Shown here piece after piece: positions 1 through 9,115 of a stretch of 64,000 nt of DNA. Location: positions 146,327 to 210,326 of IMG/VR virus record IMGVR_UViG_3300010430_000003, one strand, 5' to 3'. Both the position numbers and the translations under genes were made by a program. Within the stretch, counting starts at the first letter, position 1, and each line of letters opens with the position of its first letter. The notes beneath the pieces were generated by a model, which saw only the letters and a program-made list of their open reading frames with translations, was not told the DNA's origin and searched no databases.

Positions 1-43
1 TAGGAATACAAATGCACCGATTCCATGAGAGATATCCAATACC

Positions 44-247
44 ATGAATAACAATAGATTGAATATCAATATGGTGATTGCAATCAATATCTGCGCATCA
101 GCAGACATTATGTATTTGAGAGAAAGAAAAGAAAAAGAAGTAAAGCTTAAAGGAAGACTTACAGTGATCAAAGCCCGCATTGCTTCTTTATTGTTATGGA
201 ATCGCTGTCGCTATTTCCATAGGCAATTCCCAGTTGATCATGAATAA
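44..247 (+). CDS. MNIN-family micro-ORF
   Basis: MNNNRLNINMVIAINI; C-terminus RYFHRQFPVDHE resembles those of the next two ORFs. Confidence 0.65.
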   Translation: MNNNRLNINMVIAINICASADIMYLRERKEKEVKLKGRLTVIKARIASLLLWNRCRYFHRQFPVDHE

Positions 248-467
248 CAATTCAATCAACATGTTCATTGCCGCTCATATCATTTCAAGCATTGATATAT
301 ATTACATTAAGCAGATAGGAGAGTTTATATACCCCAGAGGACATATCAACTCACAGAGATTCATATATTATAGAGAATATATACATCAAACTTGTCGAGC
401 CTTCGCCAAAATATATCCAATGGACTCAGAAAGGTCTAACATGTTCGACGAAGTAACAGTGCAATGA
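240..467 (+). CDS. MNIN-family micro-ORF (GEFIYPR subgroup)
   Basis: ATG at 240, MNNNSINMFIAAHII; clear paralog of 464-661. Confidence 0.75.
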   Translation: MNNNSINMFIAAHIISSIDIYYIKQIGEFIYPRGHINSQRFIYYREYIHQTCRAFAKIYPMDSERSNMFDEVTVQ

Positions 468-661
468 ATGATTCAAATATCAATATGTTCATCGGTTTTC
501 ATGTCTTTTCAGACACAAATATATATCACGTTGTTCGGATGGGGGAGTTTATCTATCCTAGAAGAAAAGCATACTCATATAGATTCTCATTTTATAAAGA
601 ATATGTATGGCAAGCAACGCGACGCTTCGCATCATCATATCCAATACAATGCCATGAATAA
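464..661 (+). CDS. MNIN-family micro-ORF (GEFIYPR subgroup)
   Basis: MNDSNINMFIGFHVF; ATGA overlap with upstream paralog. Confidence 0.75.
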   Translation: MNDSNINMFIGFHVFSDTNIYHVVRMGEFIYPRRKAYSYRFSFYKEYVWQATRRFASSYPIQCHE

Positions 662-950
662 TTCAGAAATCAATATTGAAATATGCAACAACTTCGTTTC
701 AAGAGCAAGCAATGGTTCTATAAGATTCTATATGCATAGAAGTTCAATGTATTATAGATTATATGGGTATCAGGTAAGAACGAACAAAATAACTATCTAT
801 ACAAGAATATTCTTTCAACCAATAATGAAGTATATGATGGAAGAGCATCCAACGGTTATTAAGCAGGATGCGGAATCACAGTATATACGGTGGAAGATGT
901 GGAAACTGACAGAGCGAGCAGAGAGGATTCTAAGAAAGTCATTCATTTAG
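654..950 (+). CDS. MNIN-family micro-ORF
   Basis: ATG at 654, MNNSEINIEICNNFV; overlaps upstream stop. Confidence 0.65.
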   Translation: MNNSEINIEICNNFVSRASNGSIRFYMHRSSMYYRLYGYQVRTNKITIYTRIFFQPIMKYMMEEHPTVIKQDAESQYIRWKMWKLTERAERILRKSFI

Positions 951-1085
951 ATAAGGGTTTATCTATAAGGTAGTGTGGAATGGATTGTGTGGGTGTGTGC
1001 TTGGTTAGAAGGGAACGACCGGAGGGAGTGTAGTAGTTGATTCTAGCACTGTAACTCAGGAACAAAGTAACTAGGAATAACAGAG

Positions 1086-1283
1086 ATGAAAAGAGACATA
1101 ATTAATCAAATAATAGCACAAACATTATTCGTAACCCACATTCAAGAAGTGTGGAAATATAGACTAACTTATCATAGAGGAACATATAAATATTATGAAG
1201 GGTTAGGTGATATCCTTCCTTTACCAAGAATAGCAGAAACAGTGTTAATTGATAAAGCCTCACACCTCAGAAGAAAACCATGA
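1086..1283 (+). CDS. MNIN-family micro-ORF
   Basis: MKRDIINQIIAQTLF. Confidence 0.6.
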   Translation: MKRDIINQIIAQTLFVTHIQEVWKYRLTYHRGTYKYYEGLGDILPLPRIAETVLIDKASHLRRKP

Positions 1284-1450
1284 TTGATACAATTGTAAAC
1301 TGTCATATTGGGGCATTGATATCATATCAGTTTTCGAGATCGCACATATTGCATGGCGATCTCCCCAGACCCAGATTAACACTATCCAGTTATTTTAATG
1401 TTAAGAGCAGAAGAAGCATGGGGTATCAATGGTTAGTGAGAGAATTATGA
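1280..1450 (+). CDS. MNIN-family micro-ORF (56 aa, not in ORF track)
   Basis: Hand-translated MIDTIVNCHIGALISYQ...WLVREL; ATGA overlaps at both ends. Confidence 0.55.
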   Translation: MIDTIVNCHIGALISYQFSRSHILHGDLPRPRLTLSSYFNVKSRRSMGYQWLVREL

Positions 1451-1611
1451 ACATTAATATCCAGATAATGAGTTTTATGGTTAGAGAGTTCTTCTTCTAT
1501 CCAAACACTGTGGTCTTTGAAAGATATGTATATTATGACTATGCAGATGTATTGGCATTCTATCAAATAGATATTAAAGATACTTTGATTAAGTATAGGA
1601 AATTAATGTGA
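1447..1611 (+). CDS. MNIN-family micro-ORF
   Basis: MNINIQIMSFMVREFFF; ATGA overlap. Confidence 0.65.
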   Translation: MNINIQIMSFMVREFFFYPNTVVFERYVYYDYADVLAFYQIDIKDTLIKYRKLM

Positions 1612-1781
1612 ATGTTGAGATAGCAATACGGTTTCTTGAACCACTAACAGATGCTACCATGTTTTTGAATAGTGCTAGCACACGATATTCATTATCAGAG
1701 CCTTGCCACTCAATAAGATCAGAGGAGGTGAGATTTTTTAAGAAAAGCTTGAAATATTACTATGAAGTGCAACAACAATGA
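1608..1781 (+). CDS. MNIN-family-like micro-ORF (57 aa, not in ORF track)
   Basis: GTG start, MNVEIAIRFLEPL...YYYEVQQQ; GTGA/ATGA overlaps. Confidence 0.5.
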   Translation: MNVEIAIRFLEPLTDATMFLNSASTRYSLSEPCHSIRSEEVRFFKKSLKYYYEVQQQ

Positions 1782-1954
1782 ATATTAACATTATGATAGC
1801 AAACTGTTGGTTGGGGCCATTCACATATTCCAGTATGTATTTGAACAATTGTTATAAGAAATATAGCATTATTCGTTATGGATCTGCCATCGCTGGACGC
1901 TTCTTAAGAGAGGTTAGATATCATTTAAATAACCTTTTGATAGCTGATAAATGA
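1778..1954 (+). CDS. MNIN-family micro-ORF (58 aa, not in ORF track)
   Basis: Hand-translated MNINIMIANCWLGPF...LLIADK; ATGA overlaps at both ends. Confidence 0.65.
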   Translation: MNINIMIANCWLGPFTYSSMYLNNCYKKYSIIRYGSAIAGRFLREVRYHLNNLLIADK

Positions 1955-2136
1955 ATATCAATCAAATGGTGGCATATGCATATATTCGATCTTATTGGTG
2001 GAGAAACATCAGACCTATCACTGATAGGTCGAGTTTACAATGGCAAATAGAATGGATAAATATAACTGACTACATCGAGGAAGTTGAGTACCATATTTCC
2101 TCATTACCTGATACCACTTACCCAGTACCCAGGTAG
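1951..2136 (+). CDS. MNIN-family micro-ORF
   Basis: MNINQMVAYAYIRSYWW. Confidence 0.65.
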   Translation: MNINQMVAYAYIRSYWWRNIRPITDRSSLQWQIEWINITDYIEEVEYHISSLPDTTYPVPR

Positions 2137-2200
2137 GGCTCGCCCACATGCGCACACGCATAACACACACACATACGCACATATGTGCAATAGGTGAACA

Positions 2201-2557
2201 ATGAAAAAGATATTAAAGAGCAAACAGAAAGGCGTTCATTATTCCAATCATAAGAGCACATATGAAGAAATCATAACATTAGTGGCCATTGATGTAAGCC
2301 ATGCAAACATTAATCTATTGATAACAGAGAAGTTCTTTAAATCAATGATCAATAATGGATCACTGTTTACTTCAAAGTTATTTCGTCCGCCCTATCCAAG
2401 ATATAATCCAGCTGCTATCATGAGACATCATAGTTATGCTTGGGCTTGGCAAACAATTATTAATGAGAATGTGCTACTTAATGTGCATTCCTGCGCCAGA
2501 ACAAATATTAACTATTTGCATAGGTTAGGAATTAATCAGAATTTATCTCATTGTTAA
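2201..2557 (+). CDS. hypothetical protein with internal MNIN-like motif
   Basis: Internal ANINLLITEKFF at about aa 35-46. Confidence 0.45.
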   Translation: MKKILKSKQKGVHYSNHKSTYEEIITLVAIDVSHANINLLITEKFFKSMINNGSLFTSKLFRPPYPRYNPAAIMRHHSYAWAWQTIINENVLLNVHSCARTNINYLHRLGINQNLSHC

Positions 2558-2711
2558 AAATCCATAGTTCCAAATGATATTGATATTCATTATCAAAATG
2601 TTTTTTCAGAAACCTCGAATCCTTTTTGAATTCCGCGCATCTTGCGCGCTCCTTAGATCACCCGAATCAAAACTGTGGCATTGATACCACGCAAATAAAA
2701 TGAGAATGACC

Positions 2712-2847
2712 GAAACCTTTTTGAGTTTCGAGACTCTTAACCTTGAAGCCGCGAAACACCGCACAAACACTGACCGAAACGGAGTGCAGAAAAAACGGAG
2801 AAAGTTAGAAACCTTTTCGAGTTTCGAGCACCTTAACACTGAGACCG
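2712..2847. repeat. two 40-bp imperfect direct repeats, each with an internal GAAAC-N8-GTTTC inverted repeat
   Basis: 2712-2751 GAAACCTTTTTGAGTTTCGAGACTCTTAACCTTGAAGCCG vs 2808-2847 GAAACCTTTTCGAGTTTCGAGCACCTTAACACTGAGACCG (32/40 identical); partial third copy at 2621-2635. Confidence 0.8.
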
Positions 2848-2913
2848 AGGGAACACGTTCCGAGGCTCAACAACCGCACAGGCTGCCAAGCCTACCAAAC
2901 AACGAGGTAAATC

Positions 2914-3561
2914 ATGGGAAAGAAGAACGAAGAGACGACCGAAGAGACGCCGAGCAACATGGAGCGCATTTCTTCTGCGCTGGCCCTGCTGGAGAACGTA
3001 CAGCCTCCTGCGACGTCAGACGAAGTCAAGTCGATCAAGGCCGAGTCCGATAAGCTGAGCAAGGCGCGTGAGGCGCTGAGCGCTGCTGGTCTCGACACTG
3101 ACGCGGTCGATGCGAAGATCGCGGAACTCGGCGAAGCGGAAGCGAAAGCGGACGCGGGTCGCTCGGAACTGGTTGTTGCGCTTGCTCATGTTGAGCGCTT
3201 CACCAAGATTCTGGGTCAACGGTGCTCCGGTGCTAGGGTGGAGAGTGTCCGGGAGAAGTTCGCCGGAATCATCGAGGCCGGAATTCCTGAGTTTCCGGGA
3301 CCGTGTGAAATGAAGACCCTCGCAAGCGGTAAGAAGCGGGCTGTCCACGGTGGACGGGCAACGCAGATCGTTACCGCTCTCCTCTCGATGTCGGAGAATG
3401 GTCGGCTGCGCGTCAGCATCGAAGCCATGGCGGAAGCCCTGCTGGACGTCGACGATACTTTCGGCGACCTCGAAGGTGCTGCCCAGCAGTGTCGCACGGT
3501 ACTTCAGAACTATGCCGACGTGTGGACGTCTGATAGTTCCTTCGTGTTCTCGCAGAATTAG
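2914..3561 (+). CDS. GC-rich hypothetical protein (helical N-terminal half)
   Basis: 215-aa ORF, GAGGT RBS upstream; two sampled lines are 35/60 and 39/60 G+C, against roughly one third elsewhere. Confidence 0.75.
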   Translation: MGKKNEETTEETPSNMERISSALALLENVQPPATSDEVKSIKAESDKLSKAREALSAAGLDTDAVDAKIAELGEAEAKADAGRSELVVALAHVERFTKILGQRCSGARVESVREKFAGIIEAGIPEFPGPCEMKTLASGKKRAVHGGRATQIVTALLSMSENGRLRVSIEAMAEALLDVDDTFGDLEGAAQQCRTVLQNYADVWTSDSSFVFSQN

Positions 3562-3775
3562 CGAGGACATACCCACCACGGGCATAGGGTATCGGGAGTT
3601 AATCAAATCTCCCGGCCCTTTGCCAAACATTCCAAACAAAACAAAAAGATCCATTAACAGGGGGGAGGGGTATCCCCCGGAATGTAAGTCGCCGTTATCC
3701 AAAATCGGCTTGTTCCTCCAACTAAGACCATTCAAAAAACTGCGCACATTATTTCTCAAAATAAGGGGGGAGGGG

Positions 3776-4513
3776 TTAATTGAGAGGTTTGAACAATAGG
3801 GGTTTGAGCTTCTTTAAACTCCTGCGAATTTGTTTCGTGGAGAGTCCTGTAATGTCACGGAGGTTTGCAAGCATTTCCTTTTTATGAGAAAAATCGCATT
3901 CAATGGGGTCATTGAGCCATGATATCAATGTTTTAAGGACTTTTACATGATTTCTCTTATAAGAGGTTATTAACAACGGAGACGACAGCAGGCGAGCTGC
4001 ATTCTGCTTGATGAGCTTCCCCACCTCGGCATTATATACTTGAGTGTGTTGAATGGGCTCTGTTTCAAAGGTATCCACGGATTGATATACAAGACGCTTG
4101 CCCTCCTTAAGCAGCTTTCTGTTCGCTGCCCAAAAGAAATAAATTGCGGATTGTTCAAAATACCGATACATCCTCTTATTCATTTTAATGGTTTGAAATG
4201 CCATAAATAGTTGGGATTTGCAATCTTGCCGATATTCGAATAATTCATTTGATGACGGCTTTATATTCCATCGCACATGTTCTTTTAACACTTGATCAAT
4301 GATTATATCAAAATATTCTTCCAATTGGAAATATAGTTTATTGCGCTTTGAATTTGATGATCTCAAAAATTCAATCACCAATTCATTAAAATTTTGATGA
4401 TCAAGAAACATAACAACTCGTGGACCACCAGTTACTTTAAGAACTGTGTGTTCTGTAAACAATCTTTCTGCTTCATCTGATGAAATAATGCAAAATTTAT
4501 CTTTTGATGGCAT
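3776..4513 (-). CDS. divergent sigma-factor-like / HTH protein, paralog of 62846-63556
   Basis: C-terminus KKEMLANLRDITGLSTKQIRRSLKKLKP aligns to KKAIYLHIRELTGLNTKQITRSIKKLHP. Confidence 0.6.
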   Translation of the reverse strand: MPSKDKFCIISSDEAERLFTEHTVLKVTGGPRVVMFLDHQNFNELVIEFLRSSNSKRNKLYFQLEEYFDIIIDQVLKEHVRWNIKPSSNELFEYRQDCKSQLFMAFQTIKMNKRMYRYFEQSAIYFFWAANRKLLKEGKRLVYQSVDTFETEPIQHTQVYNAEVGKLIKQNAARLLSSPLLITSYKRNHVKVLKTLISWLNDPIECDFSHKKEMLANLRDITGLSTKQIRRSLKKLKPLLFKPLN

Positions 4514-4522
4514 TACATCTCC

Positions 4523-4831
4523 TTAAATTGCTGCAATGGATTTAATTGCAATATCCCATTCAACATGGGCGTCTTTAACTTGACCGTTTTCAATTATGAA
4601 AACACGAATATCGAATGATTCGGTCTCCCAAGCAGAAAGTTTATCTCCGAAACAATTGCGGACATCATTCGTATCCCCAAATCCATAATCACTTCCATGA
4701 CCCCAATAACAAAAAATGAAATAAGGTTTGGTTGCAAGATTTAATTCCCAATCTGCAACCACTTGTTTTAAGTTGGCTTCGTCTTCAACGTCGATAAAGT
4801 TGTTAATCAGTTGATCAAAGATTGATTTCAT
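4523..4831 (-). CDS. hypothetical protein
   Basis: Acidic globular-looking ORF from MKSIFDQLINNF; the upstream extension in the ORF track overlaps a family micro-ORF. Confidence 0.55.
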   Translation of the reverse strand: MKSIFDQLINNFIDVEDEANLKQVVADWELNLATKPYFIFCYWGHGSDYGFGDTNDVRNCFGDKLSAWETESFDIRVFIIENGQVKDAHVEWDIAIKSIAAI

Positions 4832-5030
4832 AAATGAACCTCCATCTCCGCAAGCTTGACAAATAAGATTCAATCCAAATGCGTTGAATCGACTCATGTC
4901 GATGCATTGGATTCCATATTTCATTGCGTCCCAAACTAGTCTTGGTTTGAAAATGAAAAGATTGACGGCTTTCATTCCGCACCAAGCTTCTGACAAAAGC
5001 ATAATAAACAATCGGGGTGAGATCATTCAT
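4815..5030 (-). CDS. MNIN-family micro-ORF (YYxFVRSL subgroup)
   Basis: MNDLTPIVYYAFVRSL...WIESYLSSLRRW; paralog of 5027-5233. Confidence 0.7.
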   Translation of the reverse strand: MNDLTPIVYYAFVRSLVRNESRQSFHFQTKTSLGRNEIWNPMHRHESIQRIWIESYLSSLRRWRFIYEINL

Positions 5031-5233
5031 AACTGATACCATGTTCGGACGCTTTTCAAATAGCTATTGATCCAAGTGTGTTGAATATGACTTGAATAAA
5101 TAAGCGGATTAAATCTATCATTGCCAGGAACAAGAGTTCTTTTTTGAGAAATAATGAAAGTTCGATGAGCGGGATACCTCAACAAACTTCTCACGAAGGA
5201 ATAATAAATGAGCGTGTTGAGATTACCAGTCAA
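5027..5233 (-). CDS. MNIN-family micro-ORF (YYxFVRSL subgroup)
   Basis: MTGNLNTLIYYSFVRSL...WINSYLKSVRTW. Confidence 0.7.
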   Translation of the reverse strand: MTGNLNTLIYYSFVRSLLRYPAHRTFIISQKRTLVPGNDRFNPLIYSSHIQHTWINSYLKSVRTWYQL

Positions 5234-5579
5234 TGACGGAAGCCTTCAAATACGGCGAATCAAGATTTGAATCCGCCCAATCCGTATTATCCTCCCACCA
5301 TTTCAAGCCCCTAAATGTCCCCGTGTTCATATGGGGATCTCCAGCTTGTCTAAGAATGACTTCCATGATTGCTTCATCAACCTCCGTCATATCTTTGTGA
5401 TTGAGGATATACTGAAAATGCAAGGCCATCTCTCTGAACTCCTCATAAGATTGCACATCCCAGTCGGGGAAGGTTTTTGAAGAATGATGGGTTATTTCAT
5501 CATAAATGTTTTCGGGATCAAATGCGCGGTATGGGAATGCGATCGTTTTGACTCGCTTCGCGAGATCATCATAATTCAT
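5223..5579 (-). CDS. hypothetical protein
   Basis: 118-aa ORF in co-oriented run. Confidence 0.6.
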   Translation of the reverse strand: MNYDDLAKRVKTIAFPYRAFDPENIYDEITHHSSKTFPDWDVQSYEEFREMALHFQYILNHKDMTEVDEAIMEVILRQAGDPHMNTGTFRGLKWWEDNTDWADSNLDSPYLKASVIDW

Positions 5580-5764
5580 TGCTGCTCCAATCTTCGTTGT
5601 TCTCTTAACAATGTCTTAAGAGAATGAATATTATTGGTATTGAAAAGCCTCATATTTATGTGGTAATATGAATGTGGAAAAATAAAATTATCAACCCAGA
5701 AAGGGTTGAGGAAAAATCCAAGCCTTCGCAACATTGCACAATGTATTTTTTGATTGATATTCAT
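5576..5764 (-). CDS. MNIN-family micro-ORF
   Basis: MNINQKIHCAMLRRL. Confidence 0.7.
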   Translation of the reverse strand: MNINQKIHCAMLRRLGFFLNPFWVDNFIFPHSYYHINMRLFNTNNIHSLKTLLREQRRLEQQ

Positions 5765-6006
5765 TAGTAAGGGTAACGTGAAAAGGTTCTATAATTATCA
5801 AAATCAATCTTTTCTTCCATATTCCGCCACCGGGCATCATTCTCATTTCTCATTAATGTTAAATATGAATCCATCCAACCATTTGTGTATCTTGCATTCG
5901 GTTTAATATCATAATATGGTTTTATATAATATAAAGAATCAAAGTGACAACAAATCTGTGCCATCTTTTGTATCATTGCATATTTTATTATAAGATTGAT
6001 ATTCAT
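5764..6006 (-). CDS. MNIN-family micro-ORF
   Basis: MNINLIIKYAMIQKM...GWMDSYLTLMR. Confidence 0.7.
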   Translation of the reverse strand: MNINLIIKYAMIQKMAQICCHFDSLYYIKPYYDIKPNARYTNGWMDSYLTLMRNENDARWRNMEEKIDFDNYRTFSRYPY

Positions 6007-6012
6007 GTTGGG

Positions 6013-7708
6013 TTATTCATCTGGAATCTGATAACGCGAGAACTGCAATTCTGATGGGGAATCTTCAAAAGGGTAAGCATCATGGATAACCTTCACATGC
6101 CACCCTGCTTTCGTAAAGTCCTCAACAAGTCGATCAATATATAAGGTTAACTTGTATACATTAAAGGTCGAACATCCGCTCATGAGCCGTTGATTGACTT
6201 CCTTGACCACCTCTTCATAAGATGGTGCCAAATGTCGTTCCACTTCATCAGGAGTAACAGGTATGGGTTGGTTTTCTCGCTTTTGCGGTCGTTTTATGGG
6301 TTTGTTAAACATGCTTGTTTTCCCATGGCAGAGACCATCCGTAATCATCGCCTTCTTCAAACATGCGTTCTGGATCGAGATTTAGAACTTTGCATAACTC
6401 TTCTTCAATTCTTTCGGGATCTGGATCATGAACAACGTGTTCACTGACAGCATCTGCAATCCGTTCAACCAATTTGCGTGCTTCGTCGCGTTCTTCTTTT
6501 AATTGCGTCATATTGGCTTCATATTCTTTATGAAGTTCTTCGATATGATCGGCAACAACATCACCAACCCATCCCTCAACATAATTGCCAGCAAGCTCTC
6601 TTACCCAATCCGCATTCTGTTTATGTCGCTTGTTATCGCTCATTGAATGTCCTAGACTTGCATTCCCAAAGGATTCATGATGGTTAAAATTGTGGTTGTG
6701 ATCGCAAGCATTAGAATAAAAAGAAATACTGGTTTTGCCAAATTGGGTGCTTTCTTTGTGAAAAATTCATCGAGATATGCCACTATAATAAGAATTAGGG
6801 ATAACGAACAGATCACAGTGATGACAATCACAAAATACATAAAGAACATTAAAAGATCAATCATCACCACCTCTTTTTTCAAGACATCTGTGAGCACATT
6901 CAAGTTCATCTTTCAATCGATCAATCTCCATGACGCACTCTCCATACTCATTTGATAGATAGATAAATGCTTCATCAAGCAGTGCGATAGACGCAGATTG
7001 CTCCGCAATGATCTTATCTTTCTCATTGGATTCAAATAGCTTTGGATTCATTGCTTTCACACCTTCCCCGAAACAATCCAAACATAATTGAGTGGAGTAT
7101 GATGTAATCAAATATCGTGGCATCACATCTTCTCGATATTCTTTGCAGGACCTGCATGTTTTGAATTTGATTCGGTCAATCTCAAGACTCATTTTGATTC
7201 TAGAAATCATCAATAATCCGCGTTGTCGTTAAACCATTTCCAAAAGGAATCGGTTTTCAAACCATAAACTGCAAACACAAGAGCTTCAAAAGCATACTGG
7301 ACATGATCTCTGCCGGGATATCCATCATCAAGAATTGATTCATTCATCTCTTTAATGAATGATTTAAGACTCTTAACATTAACGTCTTTATCATCAACCA
7401 TTGTTGGTGGCCCATTTTCATTTCGCTTTTCTTTGAATGTGGCAATTTCCCGTAATTCTTCCGGAGTTAATTCATCTAAACTCTTTCTCAATAAAGTGTT
7501 GTATTCAAAAATGTCAGTCATCGTTTTCCTCCGGCAATAACACGCCCCAATATAGTGCGCACCATCCTTCCATTAACACCAACTCAATATCCTCACCGTA
7601 TTCATCAGCAAGCTGTTCGGCAATGTTTGCAAGCTCTTTGATGGTGATTCTATCCCACTCACTATCAGGAAGGTTTTTGTAAATTCGTTTCCATTTCGTT
7701 TTCTTCAT
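6013..7708 (-). CDS. run of six small hypothetical ORFs (6013-6360, 6305-6643, 6652-6864 two-TM, 6857-7213, 7210-7521, 7514-7708)
   Basis: Co-oriented, abutting or overlapping ORFs with normal E/D/K-rich composition; no recognisable motif. Confidence 0.55.
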
Positions 7709-7714
7709 ATAAAT

Positions 7715-7742
7715 ATTATATCAAAAATCTGTGCAGATTCAA
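7715..7742 (-). promoter_or_regulatory. sigma70-like early promoter TTGAAT-N16-TATAAT (extended -10 TG)
   Basis: Intergenic; hexamers read directly. Confidence 0.65.
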
Positions 7743-7763
7743 GAATAATTAAATATCGAATGT

Positions 7764-7973
7764 TTATGAGGTCGACGTTCGCCGGGCATTCGCGTCTGCA
7801 GCCCTTACACGACATGACAAAATATAGATAGTTCTTTCTAATTCTTGAAATTTAAAATTTTTAATATAATCAGTTCTATCTGCACACAACCTTTTGTGAC
7901 TTATAAAAGAACGAACCCAATTATTATCGATTGATGCAAGAAACATGTGAGTTAAAATCAAATTATGATTCAT
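7764..7973 (-). CDS. MNIN-family micro-ORF
   Basis: MNHNLILTHMFLASID. Confidence 0.55.
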   Translation of the reverse strand: MNHNLILTHMFLASIDNNWVRSFISHKRLCADRTDYIKNFKFQELERTIYILSCRVRAADANARRTSTS

Positions 7974-8130
7974 ATAAAATCTCGCATGCAACAGCGTTAT
8001 AATAAAGTTGAAGAGGTTGCTGTTTATGAAATCTATTATAGCTTCTTCTTAAGAGAAGATAATCTTGCGTTAATGCATATGAATCATTTATATACGCATA
8101 TGCCACAATTAAATTCACATTAGTGTTCAC
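7963..8130 (-). CDS. MNIN-family micro-ORF (55 aa, not in ORF track)
   Basis: GTG start, hand-translated MNTNVNLIVAYAYINDSY...ILYES. Confidence 0.6.
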   Translation of the reverse strand: MNTNVNLIVAYAYINDSYALTQDYLLLRRSYNRFHKQQPLQLYYNAVACEILYES

Positions 8131-8187
8131 ATTCTTTCACGGTGTATGTTAAAGTTGTTTCTCGTGTTTTGGGATCATCTCATCTCC

Positions 8188-8726
8188 TTAAAAAATTTCA
8201 TCATAATGATTGATTACAGGAAATCCTGCATCTGCTATCCTTCCTCGTATTTCAGCATAGAACAATATATCTTCTTTATTCCGTGCATTGCAGCCACCGC
8301 TATGATCGAGACCATCAGAAACCATTACAGCGGAGACATCCATATCAGCTTTCATCTTCCCATAATCACCATTCCAAGTCCCTTTTATGGGTTCAAATCC
8401 CATTACATAGATTGCGTAATCAGAATCAGGTGATTTTGTGATATATAGATTTTCTGTATCGTAATCTCCTCCGGGTGAATTGATTTCAATGTTGCAATCA
8501 AAATCATCAAAGAGATCAATAACTTCTTGTGTTTTCCATCGTTTCATTTTCTTCTCATACTTGAAATTAAAAAAGGCACCCCTGTTCCGGCCATAAGTAC
8601 AACTGTTAAAGCTGTGCGTTCACCAAAAGTGATTGCAAAGTCTGCAAAAAGAGCAATGATTGAAACCCCAATTATGCATGAAATAAGCGTTGTGAATAAA
8701 CCATCATTCTCATTTTCTTTTTTCAT
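8188..8726 (-). CDS. two hypothetical ORFs (8188-8547; 8544-8726 two-TM membrane peptide)
   Basis: ORF track; hydrophobic segments in the second. Confidence 0.55.
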
Positions 8727-8727
8727 C

Positions 8728-8937
8728 TCAAAGTCCCATGAAGATTTGCAATCTTGATCGTTTATTATGAAGAATCATAGAACAAAAATCACGATAAGCA
8801 TATTTTATTCTAATCTCACGATATGAATGATATTTCTGATAGAAATCCATTTCAACTTGAGTCTTCCATATTACAGGAACTCCTTGAATAACCATATTAT
8901 ACCCAACACACAAATTTATCATTGTATCTTTACACAT
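8728..8937 (-). CDS. MNIN-family micro-ORF
   Basis: MCKDTMINLCVGYNM; compare MNDTMINQYIA at 10178-10390. Confidence 0.55.
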   Translation of the reverse strand: MCKDTMINLCVGYNMVIQGVPVIWKTQVEMDFYQKYHSYREIRIKYAYRDFCSMILHNKRSRLQIFMGL

Positions 8938-9115
8938 TTATATTTTTCAATGTTCGCAAATAAGAAGTGAGCCAATTCTCAACTTTATTGTGATAAAAGA
9001 AGCTAGAACAAAAATATTTTGGCCAATAAAAACTATCCCATGATGTGAATCCGAGCACTTCTATTGTTGTCGTTCTTCTAAGAAAACGATCACGCACAAC
9101 TTTATTAATATCCAT
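8930..9115 (-). CDS. MNIN-family micro-ORF
   Basis: ATG at 9115, MDINKVVRDRFL...WLTSYLRTLK. Confidence 0.65.
   Translation of the reverse strand: MDINKVVRDRFLRRTTTIEVLGFTSWDSFYWPKYFCSSFFYHNKVENWLTSYLRTLKNINV

Noticed and set aside
1086-2136. Integron-like cassette array
   Set aside because: ORFs overlap, leaving no room for attC sites; no integrase is seen.
960-2200. GT-rich tract (about 973-1003) and CA-rich tract (about 2147-2190) as an inverted pair flanking the six-ORF chain
   Set aside because: Only 6-7-nt complementarity of low complexity; not convincing as terminal inverted repeats.
3016-3759. 247-aa - strand ORF and other long alternative-frame ORFs at 2606-3799
   Set aside because: Shadow ORFs caused by high GC (few stops); 2914-3561 has the RBS and protein-like composition.
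4832-5026. N-terminal extension of the 167-aa ORF 4523-5026
   Set aside because: It overlaps the better-supported paralog 4815-5030; the likely true start is ATG at 4831.
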